Below are positions 1 to 13,669 of a stretch of DNA of 64,000 nt, piece after piece. Both the position numbers and the translations under genes were made by a program. Where the stretch lies: positions 5,270,001 through 5,334,000 of the forward strand of contig CATNEN010000024.1 of assembly GCA_950097015.1 (NCBI GenBank). Reading direction: 5' to 3'. The first letter of the stretch is position 1. Each line of letters begins with the position of its first letter. This stretch comes from Macrostomum hystrix. Its lineage: Eukaryota; Animalia; Platyhelminthes. The notes beneath the pieces are model-generated. The model worked only from the letters and a program-made list of their open reading frames with translations, did no database searches and was not told the DNA's origin.

Positions 1-250
1 CATACACCCCAAACCTGACACCCATCAGCATACACCCCAAACCTGACACTATCAGCATACACCCCAAACCTGACATCCATCAGCATACACCCCAAACCTG
101 ACACTATCAGCATACACCCCAAACCTGACACCCATCAGCATACACCCCAAACCTGACACCCATCAGCATACACCCCAAACCTGACACCCATCAGCATACA
201 CCCCAAACCTGACACCCATCAGCATACACCCCAAACCTGGCACTATCAGC
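1..250. repeat. 28-bp minisatellite (ATCAGCATACACCCCAAACCTGACACCC), intronic
   Basis: About 9 direct tandem copies; array continues off the window edge. Confidence 0.95.
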
Positions 251-279
251 CTAATTGGTAGCGGTGATCCGGGTCTCAC

Positions 280-3200
280 CCGTCAGGACGGAGCCGACAA
301 CCAGCAGGCCGCAGAAGATGATGTTGCCAAGCAGGGCACTGTAGGCATCCACTACCATTCGGACAACAATGGTGCAGACTATACCCATCAGCTGCAATAA
401 TTGATGAGGCGGTTGGCGCATGCAGATGGAGTTGGGATAGAAAACCATCTACTTCGTATTAACACCACAGGGGCATTTCAAATACCCACATCTTTCTTTT
501 TCTGTATCTCGTAAAATATTCAACCAATCGCCTGAAAATCCAGAACATGGGTAGCGTGTTCTTTCTGTTGTGTCGTGCTATTGGTGATCCCTAAAAGGGC
601 CGTTTTAGTGAAAAATAGGCTGTTGTCTTTTCATTTTACGCTACTCTCAGTAGACTGATATGTACGTGCTTTTCTTTAATCTGATTGCCTGGGCTGCTCA
701 TTGGTTGTAATATCGATTGTAGGGTATTTTATACGTTTTGCTAAATAAAAAACTGACTCCGCGAGCGTGCTCAGCGATCTCGCGTATGTCTGGTTCAAGT
801 GAACCCACAAATATTGACTTAAGCAAGGCAATATAACACTTTCTACTGTTAATACTAAATTAGTCCTAATTGGAAAGTCAGTCTCCCAATTTTCTTTCTA
901 CAAACCTGAGCAGCCGCATTGAGAATGCCGGAGGACAGGCCCTCGTTCTCCGGGTAGGTGATCTCGGCTGCGAACTCGAATCCAACTGGCAGGTAGCCGG
1001 TCATGAAGAAGCCCAGCAGGAACATGGCGGCGAAGACAATCCACATGCTGGCAAGCGGCAGGGTCGCTGTGAAGGCGACCGTGCTCAGGCAGGACAGAAC
1101 GTAGATGGTCAGGATTGTAATCCTGCGGGCGAGTTTACGGCTTCAAACAGACTGGGACAGAACTGTCTGTGGGGACTGTCTGTGGGGACTGTCTGTGGGG
1201 ACTGTCTGTGGGGACTGTCTGTGGGGACTGTCTGTGGGGACTGTCTGTGGGGACTGTCTGTGGGGACTGTCTGTGGGGACTGTCTGTGGGGACTGTCTGA
1301 GGGGACAGAAATGTCTGTGGGGACAGAACTGTCTGTGGGGACAGAACTGTCTGTGGGGACTGTCTGTGGGGACTGTCTGTGGGGACTGTCTGTGGGGACT
1401 GTCTGTGGGGACTGTCTGAGGGGACAGAAATGTCTGTGGGGACAGAACTGTCTGTGGGGACTGTCTGTGGGGACTGTCTGTGGGGACTGTCTGTGGGGAC
1501 TGTCTGTGGGGACTGTCTGAGGAGACAGAAATGTCTGTGGGGACAGAACTGTCTGTGGGGACTGTCTGTGGGGACAGAACTGTCTGTGGGGACTGTCTGT
1601 GGGGACAGAACTGTCTGTGGGGACAGAACTGTCTGTGGGGACAGAACTGTCTGTGGGGACAGAACTGTCTGTGGGGACAGAACTGTCTGTGGGGACTGTC
1701 TGAGGGGACAGAAATGTCTGTGGGGACTGTCTGGGGGGACAGAACTGTCTGTGGGGACTGTCTGTGGGGACAGAACTGTCTGTGGGGACAGAACTGTCTG
1801 TGGGGACAGAACTGTCTGTGGGGACAGAACTGTTTGTGGGGACAGAACTGTCTGTGGGGACAGAACTGTCCGTGGGGACAGAATTGTATGGACAGACAGA
1901 CAGACGGGCAGGCAGGCAGGCAGCAGGCACCTACTTGAAAGCCCTGGTCTTGTCCAGCACACGGCCAGCCAGAAGGGATCCCAGAATTCCGGCGGCAATC
2001 ATAGTGAAACCAGCCCAGCCGACCTGCTGCTCGATGTCAGTAGTGAGTGTGGCGTTTAAATCCGCTTTCTGAAAGAGTTTGCATTAAAAAAGAGAGAGAA
2101 AATTCAGGTGGGGAATAACAGTCTGTATTCGCTCAAACAGAAATGTCATGGCTTTGGCTCACCTTCATTTCGGGAACAATGATTGGGTTCAGCAGGGTCG
2201 ACAGGGCATAATAAGTGCCAGTATTCAGACCTAGAAGAAGATTTTAAGGCAATTTTATGCTTGGGCGAATAATATTTTAATTTAGTCTCGAAGTCGGCTC
2301 TAAGAACTGTTCTTACGTCTCCGTGTACTTTTATCTGGGCGTGGCACCGTAGTGGGACGCGTCAGGGGACGGAGTTGAGGCACTGCTTTCCCATGAGGGA
2401 ATAATGCAAAATGCTTGTCTGCTTATAGATAGAATTCGATGCTTTTAACATACTGGACTAGACCTGGGACATTGGGACGTGCCCAAACACGATCGGTAGA
2501 AACTAGTGAGAAAAAAATTGACCGTTTCCTCAATAAATGCCCTGGAGAGCAAAACATTTTATGCATTTAGCTCTCTAGCATTCAGGGTATTGCAGGTCTT
2601 GCCTGTGTTAAAATCTAGATTTTACTACCAAATATTTCGTAGGCCAACAGTCGTGAGTTCGAATCCGGATGTTGATCCCGAAAAGACAACCTTTCAGAAC
2701 CCTTCCTGCATTGGGGATAACCTTCCAGTAGTAGGGACAACCTTCCAGTAATAGGGATAACCTTCCAGTAGTAGGGATAACCTTCCAGTAGTAGGGACAA
2801 CCTTCCAGTAGTAGGGATAACCTTCCAGTAGTAGGGATAACCTTCCAGTAGTAGGGATAACCTTCCAGTAGTAGGGATAACCTTCCAGTAGTAGGTATAA
2901 CCTTACAGTAGTAGGGATAACCTTCCAGTAGTAGGGACAACCTTCCAGTAGTAAGGACAACCTTCCAGTAGTAGGGACAACCTTCCAGTAGTAAGGACAA
3001 CCTTCCAGTAGTAGGGACAATCTTCCAGTAGTAGGGACAACCTTCCAGTAGAAGGGACAACCTTCCAGTAGTAGGGACAACCTTCCAGTAGTAGGGATAA
3101 CCTTCCAGTAGTAGGGATAACCTTCCAGTAGTAGGGATAACCTTCCAGTAGTAGGGATAACCTTCCAGTAGTAGGTATAACCTTACAGTAGTAGGGATAA

Positions 3201-6200
3201 CCATCCAGTAGTAGGTATAACCTTACAGTAGTAGGGATAACCTTCCAGTAGTAGGGACAACCTTCCAGTAGTAAGGACAACCTTCCAGTAGTAGGGACAA
3301 CCTTCCAGTAGTAGGGACAACCTTCCAGTAGTAGGGACAACCTTCCAGTAGTAGGGACAACCTTCCAGTAGTAGGGACAACCTTCCAGTAGTAGGGACAA
3401 CCTTCCAGTAGTAGGGATAACCTTAGTGTAGGAAATACCATCCTCTAGCCTCTTAGTACGAAAGCGTTACAATAGGATCGACCTTCTAAAAGTGCATTGT
3501 CAAGCCTCACCGTAAGAGACAGTCAGCAAGACAAAGCCCGGATGAGACGCTAGGCGCTTCAGCGATGCCGCGTATGAGCCGCCTCGACTGATCAAGAAGC
3601 CGACGCCGCCGCCGCCAACGCGGGCGATGCTGGCCAGGCTGCCGATGCTGCTCATTAACCGCGGCTCCGGCGGCAGCGATGGAGCGGATTTCAACAACAC
3701 CGCTGCCTCGGTCCGGCCGAAAGTCGGAGGGGTGGGCGGCTGGTCTTGGAACAGGCCGACGACCAGGCAGAGCAGCAGGCCGGTGACCACAGCGCCGCCG
3801 ATGTACATCGCCAGCAGCTGGCTGCCCATGACGTCCGACTCGCCGCGAGACACGAAGAGCGGTGGAACAACGAAGCCAATGGCGACCCCGATCTGGTTGC
3901 CGAACACGCCGAGGGAGGTGGCGGTGGACAGCTCGTCCTTGCCGAACCAGGTCGCTGAGATTGGTGACGGCATACCCAGGATGAAGCACTGAGCGATGGC
4001 GCACAGAATCTGCGACGGGGAGGGGGGAATCAGCTACGGCATGGACTTGCAATCCACTTTACACTGAATAGACTAGCAATCCATTTTACACTGAATAGAC
4101 TAGCAATCCATTTTACACTGAATAGACAAGCAATCCATTTTACACTGAATAGACTAGCAATCCATTTTACACTGAATAGACTAGCAATCCATTTTACACT
4201 GAATAGACAAGCAATCCATTTTACACTGAATAGACTAGCAATCCATTTTACACTGAATAGACTAGCAATCCATTTTACACTGAATAGACTAGCAATCCAT
4301 TTTACACTGAATAGACTAGCAATCCATTTTACACTGAATAGACTAGCAATCCATTTTACACTGAATAGACTAGCAATCCATTTTACACTGAATAGATTAG
4401 CAATCCATTTTACACTAAATAGATTAGCAATCCATTTTACACTGAATAGACTAGCAATCCATTTTACACAAAATAGATTAGCAATGCATTATTCACTGAA
4501 TAGATTAGCAATGCATTATTCACTGAATAGACTAGCAATCCATTCCCGCTATGCTTCAGTGCTTTCGGATTATTCTATACGGGCCATAGTAAGAGGAGCC
4601 ATTAATCAATAGGGATTGCTCATCAATCCATGAGGAAGCCTTTTATCTCATTCGCAGTCGCTCTGTCATCTTTGGAATAAAAAGGCCGATGAAAAAGGCA
4701 ATTATTGGGAATGGAAAACGCGACGATCGAGGCGGTGTTCTAAAATAGAATTGCTCAAAAAATGGGAACAGCGAAGAGCACACCTAGTGGCAATTATTTT
4801 AGGGATTTGCTGAACCCAAAGCTAAAAGAACTCAAACGCTGTAGCATCACTGAAAACTCCTTAGACTAGCGCACTGAATAGTGCTAATATTGTCTGGAAA
4901 ACCTGAGTCTGGAGCGGATAAAGAAGCAGTTTTACCTATTAGAAAGATTGTCGAATCCAGTTTCTATTCACCTACGCTAATCCACCCAACTCTATTCACC
5001 TACGCTAATCCACTCTACTCTATTCACCTACGTTAATTCACTCAACTCTATTCACCTACGCTAATCCACTCAACTCTATTCACCTACGCTAATCCACCCA
5101 ACTCTATTCACCTACGCTAATCCACTCAACTCTATTCACCTACGCTAATCCACTCAACTCTATTCACCTACGCTAATCCACCCAACTCTATTCACCTACG
5201 CTAATCCACTCAACTCTATTCACCTACGCTAATCCACTCAACTCTATTCACCTACGCTAATCCACTCTACTCTATTCACCTACGCTAATCCACTCTATCC
5301 TATTCACCTACGTTAATTCACTCAACTCTATTCACCTACGCTAATCCACTCAACTCTATTCACCTACGCTAATCCACTCAACTCTATTCACCTACGTTAA
5401 TTCACTCAACTCTATTCACCTACGCTAATCCACTCAACTCTATTCACCTACGCTAATCCACCCAACTCTATTCACCTACGCTAATCCACTCAACTCTATT
5501 CACCTACGCTAATCCACTCAACTCTATTCACCTACGCTAATCCACCCAACTCTATTCACCTACGCTAATCCACTCAACTCTATTCACCTACGCTAATCCA
5601 CTCAACTCTATTCACCTACGCTAATCCACTCTACTCTATTCACCTACGCTAATCCACTCTATCCTATTCACCTACGTTAATTCACTCAACTCTATTCACC
5701 TACGCTAATCCACTCAACTCTATTCACCTACGCTAATCCACTCAACTCTATTCACCTACGCTAATCCACTCTATCCTATTCACCTACGCTAATCCACTCA
5801 ACTCTATTCACCTACGCTAATCCACTCAACTCTATTCACCTACGCTAATCCACTCTACTCTATTCACCTACGCTAATCCACTCTATCCTATTCACCTACG
5901 TTAATTCACTCAACTCTATTCACCTACGCTAATCCACTCAACTCTATTCACCTACGCTAATCCACTCAACTCTATTCACCTACGCTAATCCACTCTATCC
6001 TATTCACCTACGCTAATCCACCCAACTCTATTCACCTACGCTAATCCACCCAACTCTATTCACCTACGCTAATCCACCCAACTCTATTCACCTACGCTAA
6101 TCCACCCAACCCTATTCACCTACGCTAATCCACCCAACTCTATTCACCTACGCTAATCCACTCTACTCTATTCACCTACGTTAATTCACTCAACTCTATT

Positions 6201-7569
6201 CACCTACGCTAATCCACTCAACTCTATTCACCTACGCTAATCCACTCAACTCTATTCACCTACGCTAATCCACTCAACTCTATTCACCTACGCTAATCCA
6301 CTCAACTCTATTCACCTACGCTAATCCACCCAACTCTATTCACCTACGCTAATCCACTCAACTCTATTCACCTACGCTAATCCACTCAACTCTATTCACC
6401 TACGCTAATCCACTCTACTCTATTCACCTACGCTAATCCACTCTATCCTATTCACCTACGTTAATTCACTCAACTCTATTCACCTACGCTAATCCACTCA
6501 ACTCTATTCACCTACGCTAATCCACTCAACTCTATTCACCTACGCTAATCCACTCTATCCTATTCACCTACGCTAATCCACTCAACTCTATTCACCTACG
6601 CTAATCCACTCAACTCTATTCACCTACGCTAATCCACCCAACTCTATTCACCTACGCTAATCCACTCAACTCTATTCACCTACGCTAATCCACTCAACTC
6701 TATTCACCTACGCTAATCCACTCAACTCTATTCACCTACGCTAATCCACTCAACTCTATTCACCTACGCTAATCCACTCAACTCTATTCACCTAAGCTAA
6801 TCCACTCAACTCTATTCACCTACGCTAATCCACTCAACTCTATTCACCTACGCTAATCCACCCAACTCTATTCACCTACGCTAATCCACCCAACTCTATT
6901 CACCTACGCTAATCCACTACATTCCACTTTCACCACCTCCGTGAATCCCACCGCAATGTCCCACAGCAATTTTCCCACCTGTCCGCTGAAGAGCAGCCAG
7001 AACCTGTCCGGTGAGGCGGAGAAGCACTTGACCAGGGCGCCAGCGAAGTTGAGCGCCGTGGCGCTGATGGCGGAAATTCGCAGGCCGTATTTCTGCTGCA
7101 GCCAGGCGGCAGGCAGAATCAACACGAAGTAGGCCAGCATGTAGATCATGGACAGCCAGTCGATGGCTATGTTCGCCTGGGTTGAATCGGCGGGCAAGGA
7201 TTCGTTGTAATAGGTGAGCACAACGTCGAACACGATGTTCAAGTGGATCCACTGGTAGGCGCTGCTCAGCGAATAGCAAGAAAACAGCAGCAGCATCAGC
7301 CAGCGACGTCTGTACAGTTTTGGCGGCGAACCGTCAGTACCTTGACCGCTGCCAATGTCAACGCGAAACGGCGCCGACGCGTTATCGTCGTCTTCACTGT
7401 CATCATCAACTTGATTGAAATCGTCGCCCTTTCCGTCGGTAGTCGGTACGAGCTCCTGGCGAGGGTCGCCGCTGGCAACCCCGTTATCATTGTTACTATG
7501 GCTGTTGTTGTATTCGCTATGATAGTCGCCATTGTCCCGCTGTTCAACATTCTGATCATCCACTGCCAT
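280..7569 (-). CDS. FLVCR: FLVCR-family MFS transporter (heme/choline/ethanolamine transporter family), spliced, 3' end lies beyond the window start
   Basis: Exons 7569-6979, 4009-3511, 2230-2163, 2068-1935, 1122-906 and 391-280 all have GT-AG borders and matching phases. Motifs include [68 protein letters not shown] and [20 protein letters not shown]. Confidence 0.93.
1150..1885. repeat. Minisatellite of CTGTCTGTGGGGA(CAGAA) 13/18-bp units, intronic
   Basis: Direct tandem copies; source of the spurious ORFs between 870 and 2072. Confidence 0.95.
2715..3424. repeat. 20-bp minisatellite (CCTTCCAGTAGTAGGGATAA), intronic
   Basis: About 35 tandem copies. Confidence 0.95.
4048..4522. repeat. 27-bp minisatellite (AATCCATTTTACACTGAATAGACTAGC), intronic
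   Basis: About 17 tandem copies. Confidence 0.95.
4962..6915. repeat. 28-bp minisatellite (CTAATCCACTCAACTCTATTCACCTACG), intronic
   Basis: About 70 tandem copies with a few recurring variants. Confidence 0.97.
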
Positions 7570-8519
7570 GGCTCGTCAATGTCAGCTCGTCAATGTCAGC
7601 TAGTCAGTGTCAGATAGTCAATGTCAGGTCTTCTTCTGCTTTTAGCCTAACTAAAAGCATTCGTAGGCAGGTAAAAATGGAGGTGAAGCAGTTGAGTAAT
7701 GTTCTCTTAATACTGCACTTTCTGCTTTTATTTGAAAACTTAACAATAATACGCTCGTACTAGACTTAATATAAGTTTGCTTAGCGCCTTTATCGAGTGC
7801 TGGAATGCAGAATACCTTAAATTCTTTAAAAAGTACACTCTGCGTGCACGCTCTGGCGCCCACTATTTAGCAAAAGCAGAAAATGAAGCAGAACGAATGC
7901 CTAAGCAAAAAAAAAGTAGAGCCAGAGAGAGAGATGAGTAGGGATTGTGTGGCTGCATGAGGGTCTACAATGGCCCGGCTCCGCTCACACGGCGGCACCC
8001 ACCCCACCTCCACATTGGAGATTCAACTAGCTTTGGCTACATTCATGGTGGTAAAAAACAAACTTACTGACAGGCGAGAAGCGGAAGCAACTGGATAGGA
8101 GGGCAGTGGGTCGACCCCTGTCTGCTCTCTTTAGCTAATTCTCGGCGCGATGATGCACTTAGGTCGCATAACAGCGGTGGCAAATCTATAAATATATATG
8201 CATTTCTGGGGTGTACGCACAGAGGGATCCCTGTCCTATAGCCTCCCCCCTCCCTCTGCCCTTCTCCCCACTGTCCAATCTGTCCCCCGCGGGCGCGCCA
8301 TTTGCATGCCGCTGTATAGATAGGCGTACTTACGTTGCAGCCACCCCAGATTAGCTGCATGCAGCTCTTGCCTACCGATTGCTGTGTAAAACTGGGAGAT
8401 ATTTTCTGTGTTTTCAAGGCTGGATTTGGCCTGGCTCCTACGGCCAACCAGATATGTTTTTTGTTCAGCTTCAATTTAATAGAACAATGCTCTTTGCGAG
8501 TGACTTTTCTGATCTATGG

Positions 8520-10865
8520 CAACTGAAGGCAACTGTTGGATCCTCAAGAGCAATTAGGCGCAATTGAAGGCAACTGTAGGACACTCTAGGGCAATTAGGG
8601 GCAACTGAAAACAAATTTAGGACACTCGAGAGCAATTTGAGGCAACTGATGGCAACTGTGGGTCACTCAAGAGCAATTTCGGGCAACTGAAGGCAACTTT
8701 AGGACACTCGAAGGGCAATTGGGGGCAACTGAAAACAACAGTAGGACACTCAAGAGCAATTTCGGGCAACTGAAGGCAACTTTAGGACACTCGAAGGGCA
8801 ATTGGGGGCAACTGAAAACAACAGTAGGACACTCTAGAGCAATTGGGGGCAACTGAAAACAACAGTAGGACACTCAAGAGCAATTGGGGGCAACTGAAAA
8901 CAACAGTAGGACACTCTAGAGCAATTTGAGGCAACTGTAGGGAACTGTAGGCAACTGTAGGGAACTGTAGGCAACTGTAGGGAACTGTAGGCAACTGTAG
9001 ACAACTGTAGGGAACTGTAGGGAACTGTAGGCAACTGGAGGCAACTGGAGGCAACTGGAGGCAACTGTAGACAATTGTAGGGAACTGTAGGGAACTGTAG
9101 GCAACTGGAGGCAACTGTAGAAAACTGTAGGCAACTGGAGGCAACTGGAGGCAACTGTAGGCAACTGTAGGAACTGTAGGCAGCTGTAGGCAACTGGAGG
9201 CAACTGGAGGCAACTGTAGACAACTGTAGGCAACTGTAGACAACTGTAGACAACTGTAGACAACTGTAGGCAACTGTAGACAACTGTAGACAACTGGAGG
9301 AAACTGTAGGGAACTGTAGGCAACTGGAGGCAACTGGAGGCAACTGGAGGCAACTGTAGACAATTGTAGGGAACTGTAGGGAACTGGAGGCAACTGGAGG
9401 CAACTGGAGGCAACTGTAGGCAACTGTAGGCAACTGTAGACAACTCTAGGCAACTGTAGACAACTGTAGACAACTGTAGGCAACTGTAGACAACTGTAGA
9501 CAACTGGAGGCAACTGTAGGGAACTGTAGACAACTGTAGGAAACTGTAGGCAACTGTAGACAACTCTAGGCAACTGGAGGCAACTGTAGGGAACTGTAGG
9601 CGACTGTAGGGAACTGTAGACCACTGTAGGGAACTGTAGGCAACTGGAGGCAACTGGAGGCAACTGGAGGCAACTGTAGGCAACTGTAGACAATTGTAGG
9701 GAACTGTAGGGAACTGTAGGCAACTGGAGGCAACTGTAGAAAACTGTAGGGAACTGTAGGCAACTGGAGGCAACTGTAGAAAACTGTAGGCAACTGTAGG
9801 GAACTGTAGGCAACTGTAGGCAACTGTAGGCAACTGTAGGAACTGTAGGGAACTGTAGACCACTGTAGGGAACTGTAGGCAACTGGAGGCAACTGGAGGC
9901 AACTGGAGGCAACTGTAGGCAACTGTAGACAATTGTAGGGAACTGTAGGGAACTGTAGGCAACTGGAGGCAACTGTAGAAAACTGTAGGCAACTGGAGGC
10001 AACTGGAGACAACTGTAGGCAACTGTAGGAACTGTAGGCAGCTGTAGGCAACTGGAGGCAACTGGAGGCAACTGTAGACAACTGTAGGCAACTGTAGACA
10101 ACTGTAGACAACTGTAGACAACTGTAGGCAACTGTAGACAACTGTAGACAACTGGAGGAAACTGTAGGGAACTGTAGGCAACTGGAGGCAACTGGAGGCA
10201 ACTGGAGGCAACTGTAGACAATTGTAGGGAACTGTAGGGAACTGGAGGCAACTGGAGGCAACTGGAGGCAACTGTAGGCAACTGTAGGCAACTGTAGACA
10301 ACTCTAGGCAACTGTAGACAACTGTAGACAACTGTAGGCAACTGTAGACAACTGTAGACAACTGGAGGCAACTGTAGGGAACTGTAGACAACTGTAGGAA
10401 ACTGTAGGCAACTGTAGACAACTCTAGGCAACTGGAGGCAATTGTAGACAACTGTAGACAACTGGAGGCAACTGTAGGGAACTGTAGACAACTGTAGGAA
10501 ACTGTAGGCAACTGTAGACAACTCTAGGCAACTGGAGGCAATTGTAGACAACTGTAGACAACTGGAGGCAACTGTAGGCAACTGTAGGGAACTGTAGGCA
10601 ACTGTAGGCAACTGTAGGCAACTGTAGGAACTGTAGGCAGCTGTAGGCAACTGGAGGCAACTGGAGGCAACTGGAGGCAACTGGAGGCAACTGTAGGCAA
10701 CTGTAGACAACTGTAGGCAACTGTAGGGAACTGTAGGCAACTGTAGACAACTGTAGACAACTGTAGGCAACTGTAGACAACTGTAGGCAACTGTAGACAA
10801 TTGTAGGGAACTGTAGGGAACTGGAGGCAAGTGTAGGGAACTGTAGGCAACTGTAGGGAACTGGA
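8520..10865. repeat. 10-bp satellite (GGCAACTGTA and variants) grading out of a ~40-bp degenerate unit
   Basis: Tandem decamers; rare variants recur 858 bp apart. Confidence 0.95.
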
Positions 10866-11759
10866 TGTAATTGAGATTGTAGAGTTCATAAAACTGTATT
10901 AATCAATTGTACAATACATTGTTAATATGCGTATCGTACTACTAACCAAATTGTAGGAAGTAGTGGCTGCAAAAAGTAGAAACCAGGCTAAAATGACTGA
11001 CGATACTTAACAGACTGTAAGCTCGTAAATGTATAACATCAGCCAATTAATCTGGCGATTGAACAATCAGCTTTAATATTGTATTGTATTTTGGCAAAAA
11101 AGCATGGCAACAATGGAAAAAACTGATTTTGCTGTAAACAAAAGTTGAAAAAAAGAAAAATCTAGTGAAAAAAATGTTTTCAGATCTGCTAAGGTAAAAA
11201 ACTAATAATAACAGCCGAAATAGAAACGTAATTTGAGCACCAAGTTTACCACTTTGCTGAGAAAATACTCCACTATGTTTAACAACTCAATAGGAAAGAT
11301 AAAATGATAAAAAATGATTCAGCACGCAACGACGAATAAATAGAGAATATTTTGTGAAATTAGTTTTTGAAATATTAATAACTTTTTTCTAATAATACAA
11401 CGAGTAGCCGCATCTATCAACAAATATTGAAGAATTCATGTCGGAATTAACTTAGCATTCAAATTATTTCGCAAAATAAATCTATGCCGCTGACTCCTTG
11501 AACTGTGACCAGATTTTAAGGCTTGAGTTTGAAGTTTGAAAATTTATAAAAAAATATTGGACAGTAGCGAATTCAAATGAAATAGTCCGTTAATATTATG
11601 CGAGTTTTACCGTTTCTCTTCAGCAAGTTAGCCGTTACTAATCAGTGAGTTGCCCGTTACTTCTCAGTAAGTTAGGCGTTAATTTTCTAAGAGTTAGTCG
11701 TTACTTTATAGAGCTAGTCGTTACTTTTCAGAGCTAATCGTTACTTTTCAGAGCTAGTC

Positions 11760-12135
11760 GTTATTTAGGTAGCTATTCGTTACTTTTCAGCGAGTTGGCA
11801 TCTTATTGTTAGGGAGTTGTCAGTTGGCCGTTACTTTTTAGGAAGCTATTCGTTACTTTTTAGCGAGTTGGCAACTTATTGTTAGGGAGTTGTCAGTTGG
11901 CCGTTACTTTTTAGGTAGCTATTCGTTACTTTTCAGCGAGTTGGCAACTTATTGTTAGGGAGTTGTCAGCTGGACGTTACTTTTTAGGTAGCTATTCGTT
12001 ACTTTTCAGCGAGTTGGCAACTTATTGTTAGGGAGTTGTCAGCTGGTCGTTACTTTTTAGGTAGCTATTCGTTACTTTTCAGCGAGTTGGCAACTAATTG
12101 TTAGAGAGTTGGCAGTTGGCCGTTACTTTTTAGAA
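11760..12135. repeat. 73-bp tandem repeat, about 5 copies
   Basis: CAGTTGGCCGTTACTTTT recurs at 11821 and 11894, giving a 73-bp period. Confidence 0.85.
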
Positions 12136-12581
12136 AGTTGAATTTAACTACCCTTATCTGAAAATGTTTACGGTCTAACTGACCTATGATATATAAATAT
12201 AAAAACAAAACAAAATTTAAGACAAATTGACATTTTTATATCATTAAGAACTCTCATCTTCTCATACAACAGGGTTGAGCAGTTAACATTTTAACTCTTA
12301 AAAAAACAATTCGATCAAACGATACTACTTCAGAAAGTAGCAAAATTTATTACTTGATTAACAAGGAAGCATTACAACAGAAAGTTGTGAGGCATCATGA
12401 CGAAACTCGTTGCGCAATGCTGAAACAAGCAGCTTGGCTGCACTCACTATTTGCCTGCACAAAAATTATCTAAAATTGCAAAGGAAATTCAGCAAATTCC
12501 GACTGGAGCTGACTCAGCCAAATAATAAAATAAATAATAAAAAAGAAAAGTATGCGAGCTAAAATTCAGGAATTAGCGTAA

Positions 12582-13478
12582 CGGGAAAACAGACAGGTGT
12601 GAAATGGGGAGAATGCAGAACTGAGGATAATGGGAAAACAGACAGGTGTGAAATGGGGAGAATGCAGAACTGAGGATAATGGGAAAACAGACAGGTGTGA
12701 AATGGGGAGAATGCAGAACTGAGGATAATGGGAAAACAGACAGGTGTGAAATGGGGAGAATGCAGAACTGAGGATAATGGGAAAACAGACAGGTGTGAAA
12801 TGGGGAGAATGCAGAACTGAGGATAATGGGAAAACAGACAGGTGTGAAATGGGGAGAATGCAGAACTGAGGATAATGGGAAAACAGACAGGTGTGAAATG
12901 GGGAGAATGCAGAACTGAGGATAATGGGAAAACAGACAGGTGTGAAATGGGGAGAATGCAGAACTGAGGATAATGGGAAAACAGACAGGTGTGAAATGGG
13001 GAGAATGCAGAACTGAGGATAATGGGAAAACAGACAGGTGTGAAATGGGGAGAATGCAGAACTGAGGATAATGGGAAAACAGACAGGTGTGAAATGAGAA
13101 GAATCCCTCACTGAGGATAATCGGAAAACAGACAGGTGTGAAATGGGGAAAATCCTTAACTGAGGATAATGGGAAAACAGACAGGTGTGAAATGGGGAGA
13201 ATGCAGAACTGAGGATAATAGGAAAACAGACAGGTGTGAAATGAGAAGAATCCCTCACTGAGGATAATGGGAAAACAGACAGGTGTGAAATGGGGAAAAT
13301 CCTTAACTGAGGATAATGGGAAAACAGACAGGTGTGAAATGAGAAGAATCCCTCACTGAGGATAATCGGAAAACAGACAGGTGTGAAATGGGGAAAATCC
13401 TTAACTGAGGATAATGGGAAAACAGACAGGTGTGAAATGGGGAGAATGCAGAACTGAGGATAATAGGAAAACAGACGG
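12582..13478. repeat. 49-bp minisatellite (GGGAAAACAGACAGGTGTGAAATGGGGAGAATGCAGAACTGAGGATAAT)
   Basis: About 18 copies, homogeneous on the left and variant on the right. Confidence 0.95.
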
Positions 13479-13669
13479 ATGTGAGATTGAAATTATTAAG
13501 AACTTTGGATTTTTTATTTTACGGTAATAGGTACGAGTAAAAGTGATAAGTAAGTGTAACACAAGTTACAAACCTGTTATGCGAGTCGACAATCCTGATT
13601 GAAACCGAAAAAACGCAATGCATAGCAGTCCCCTAAAGTAATAGCAGATAGTCTCAATCGGAAATTCTC

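Noticed and set aside
870-3441. Cys/Gly-rich and LLLEG-repeat ORFs
   Set aside because: They lie in FLVCR intron minisatellites, antisense or out of frame to the real exons.
8667-10889. 682-aa, 531-aa and other long ORFs
   Set aside because: They are translations of the 10-bp satellite, which lacks stops on the minus strand; there is no domain content.
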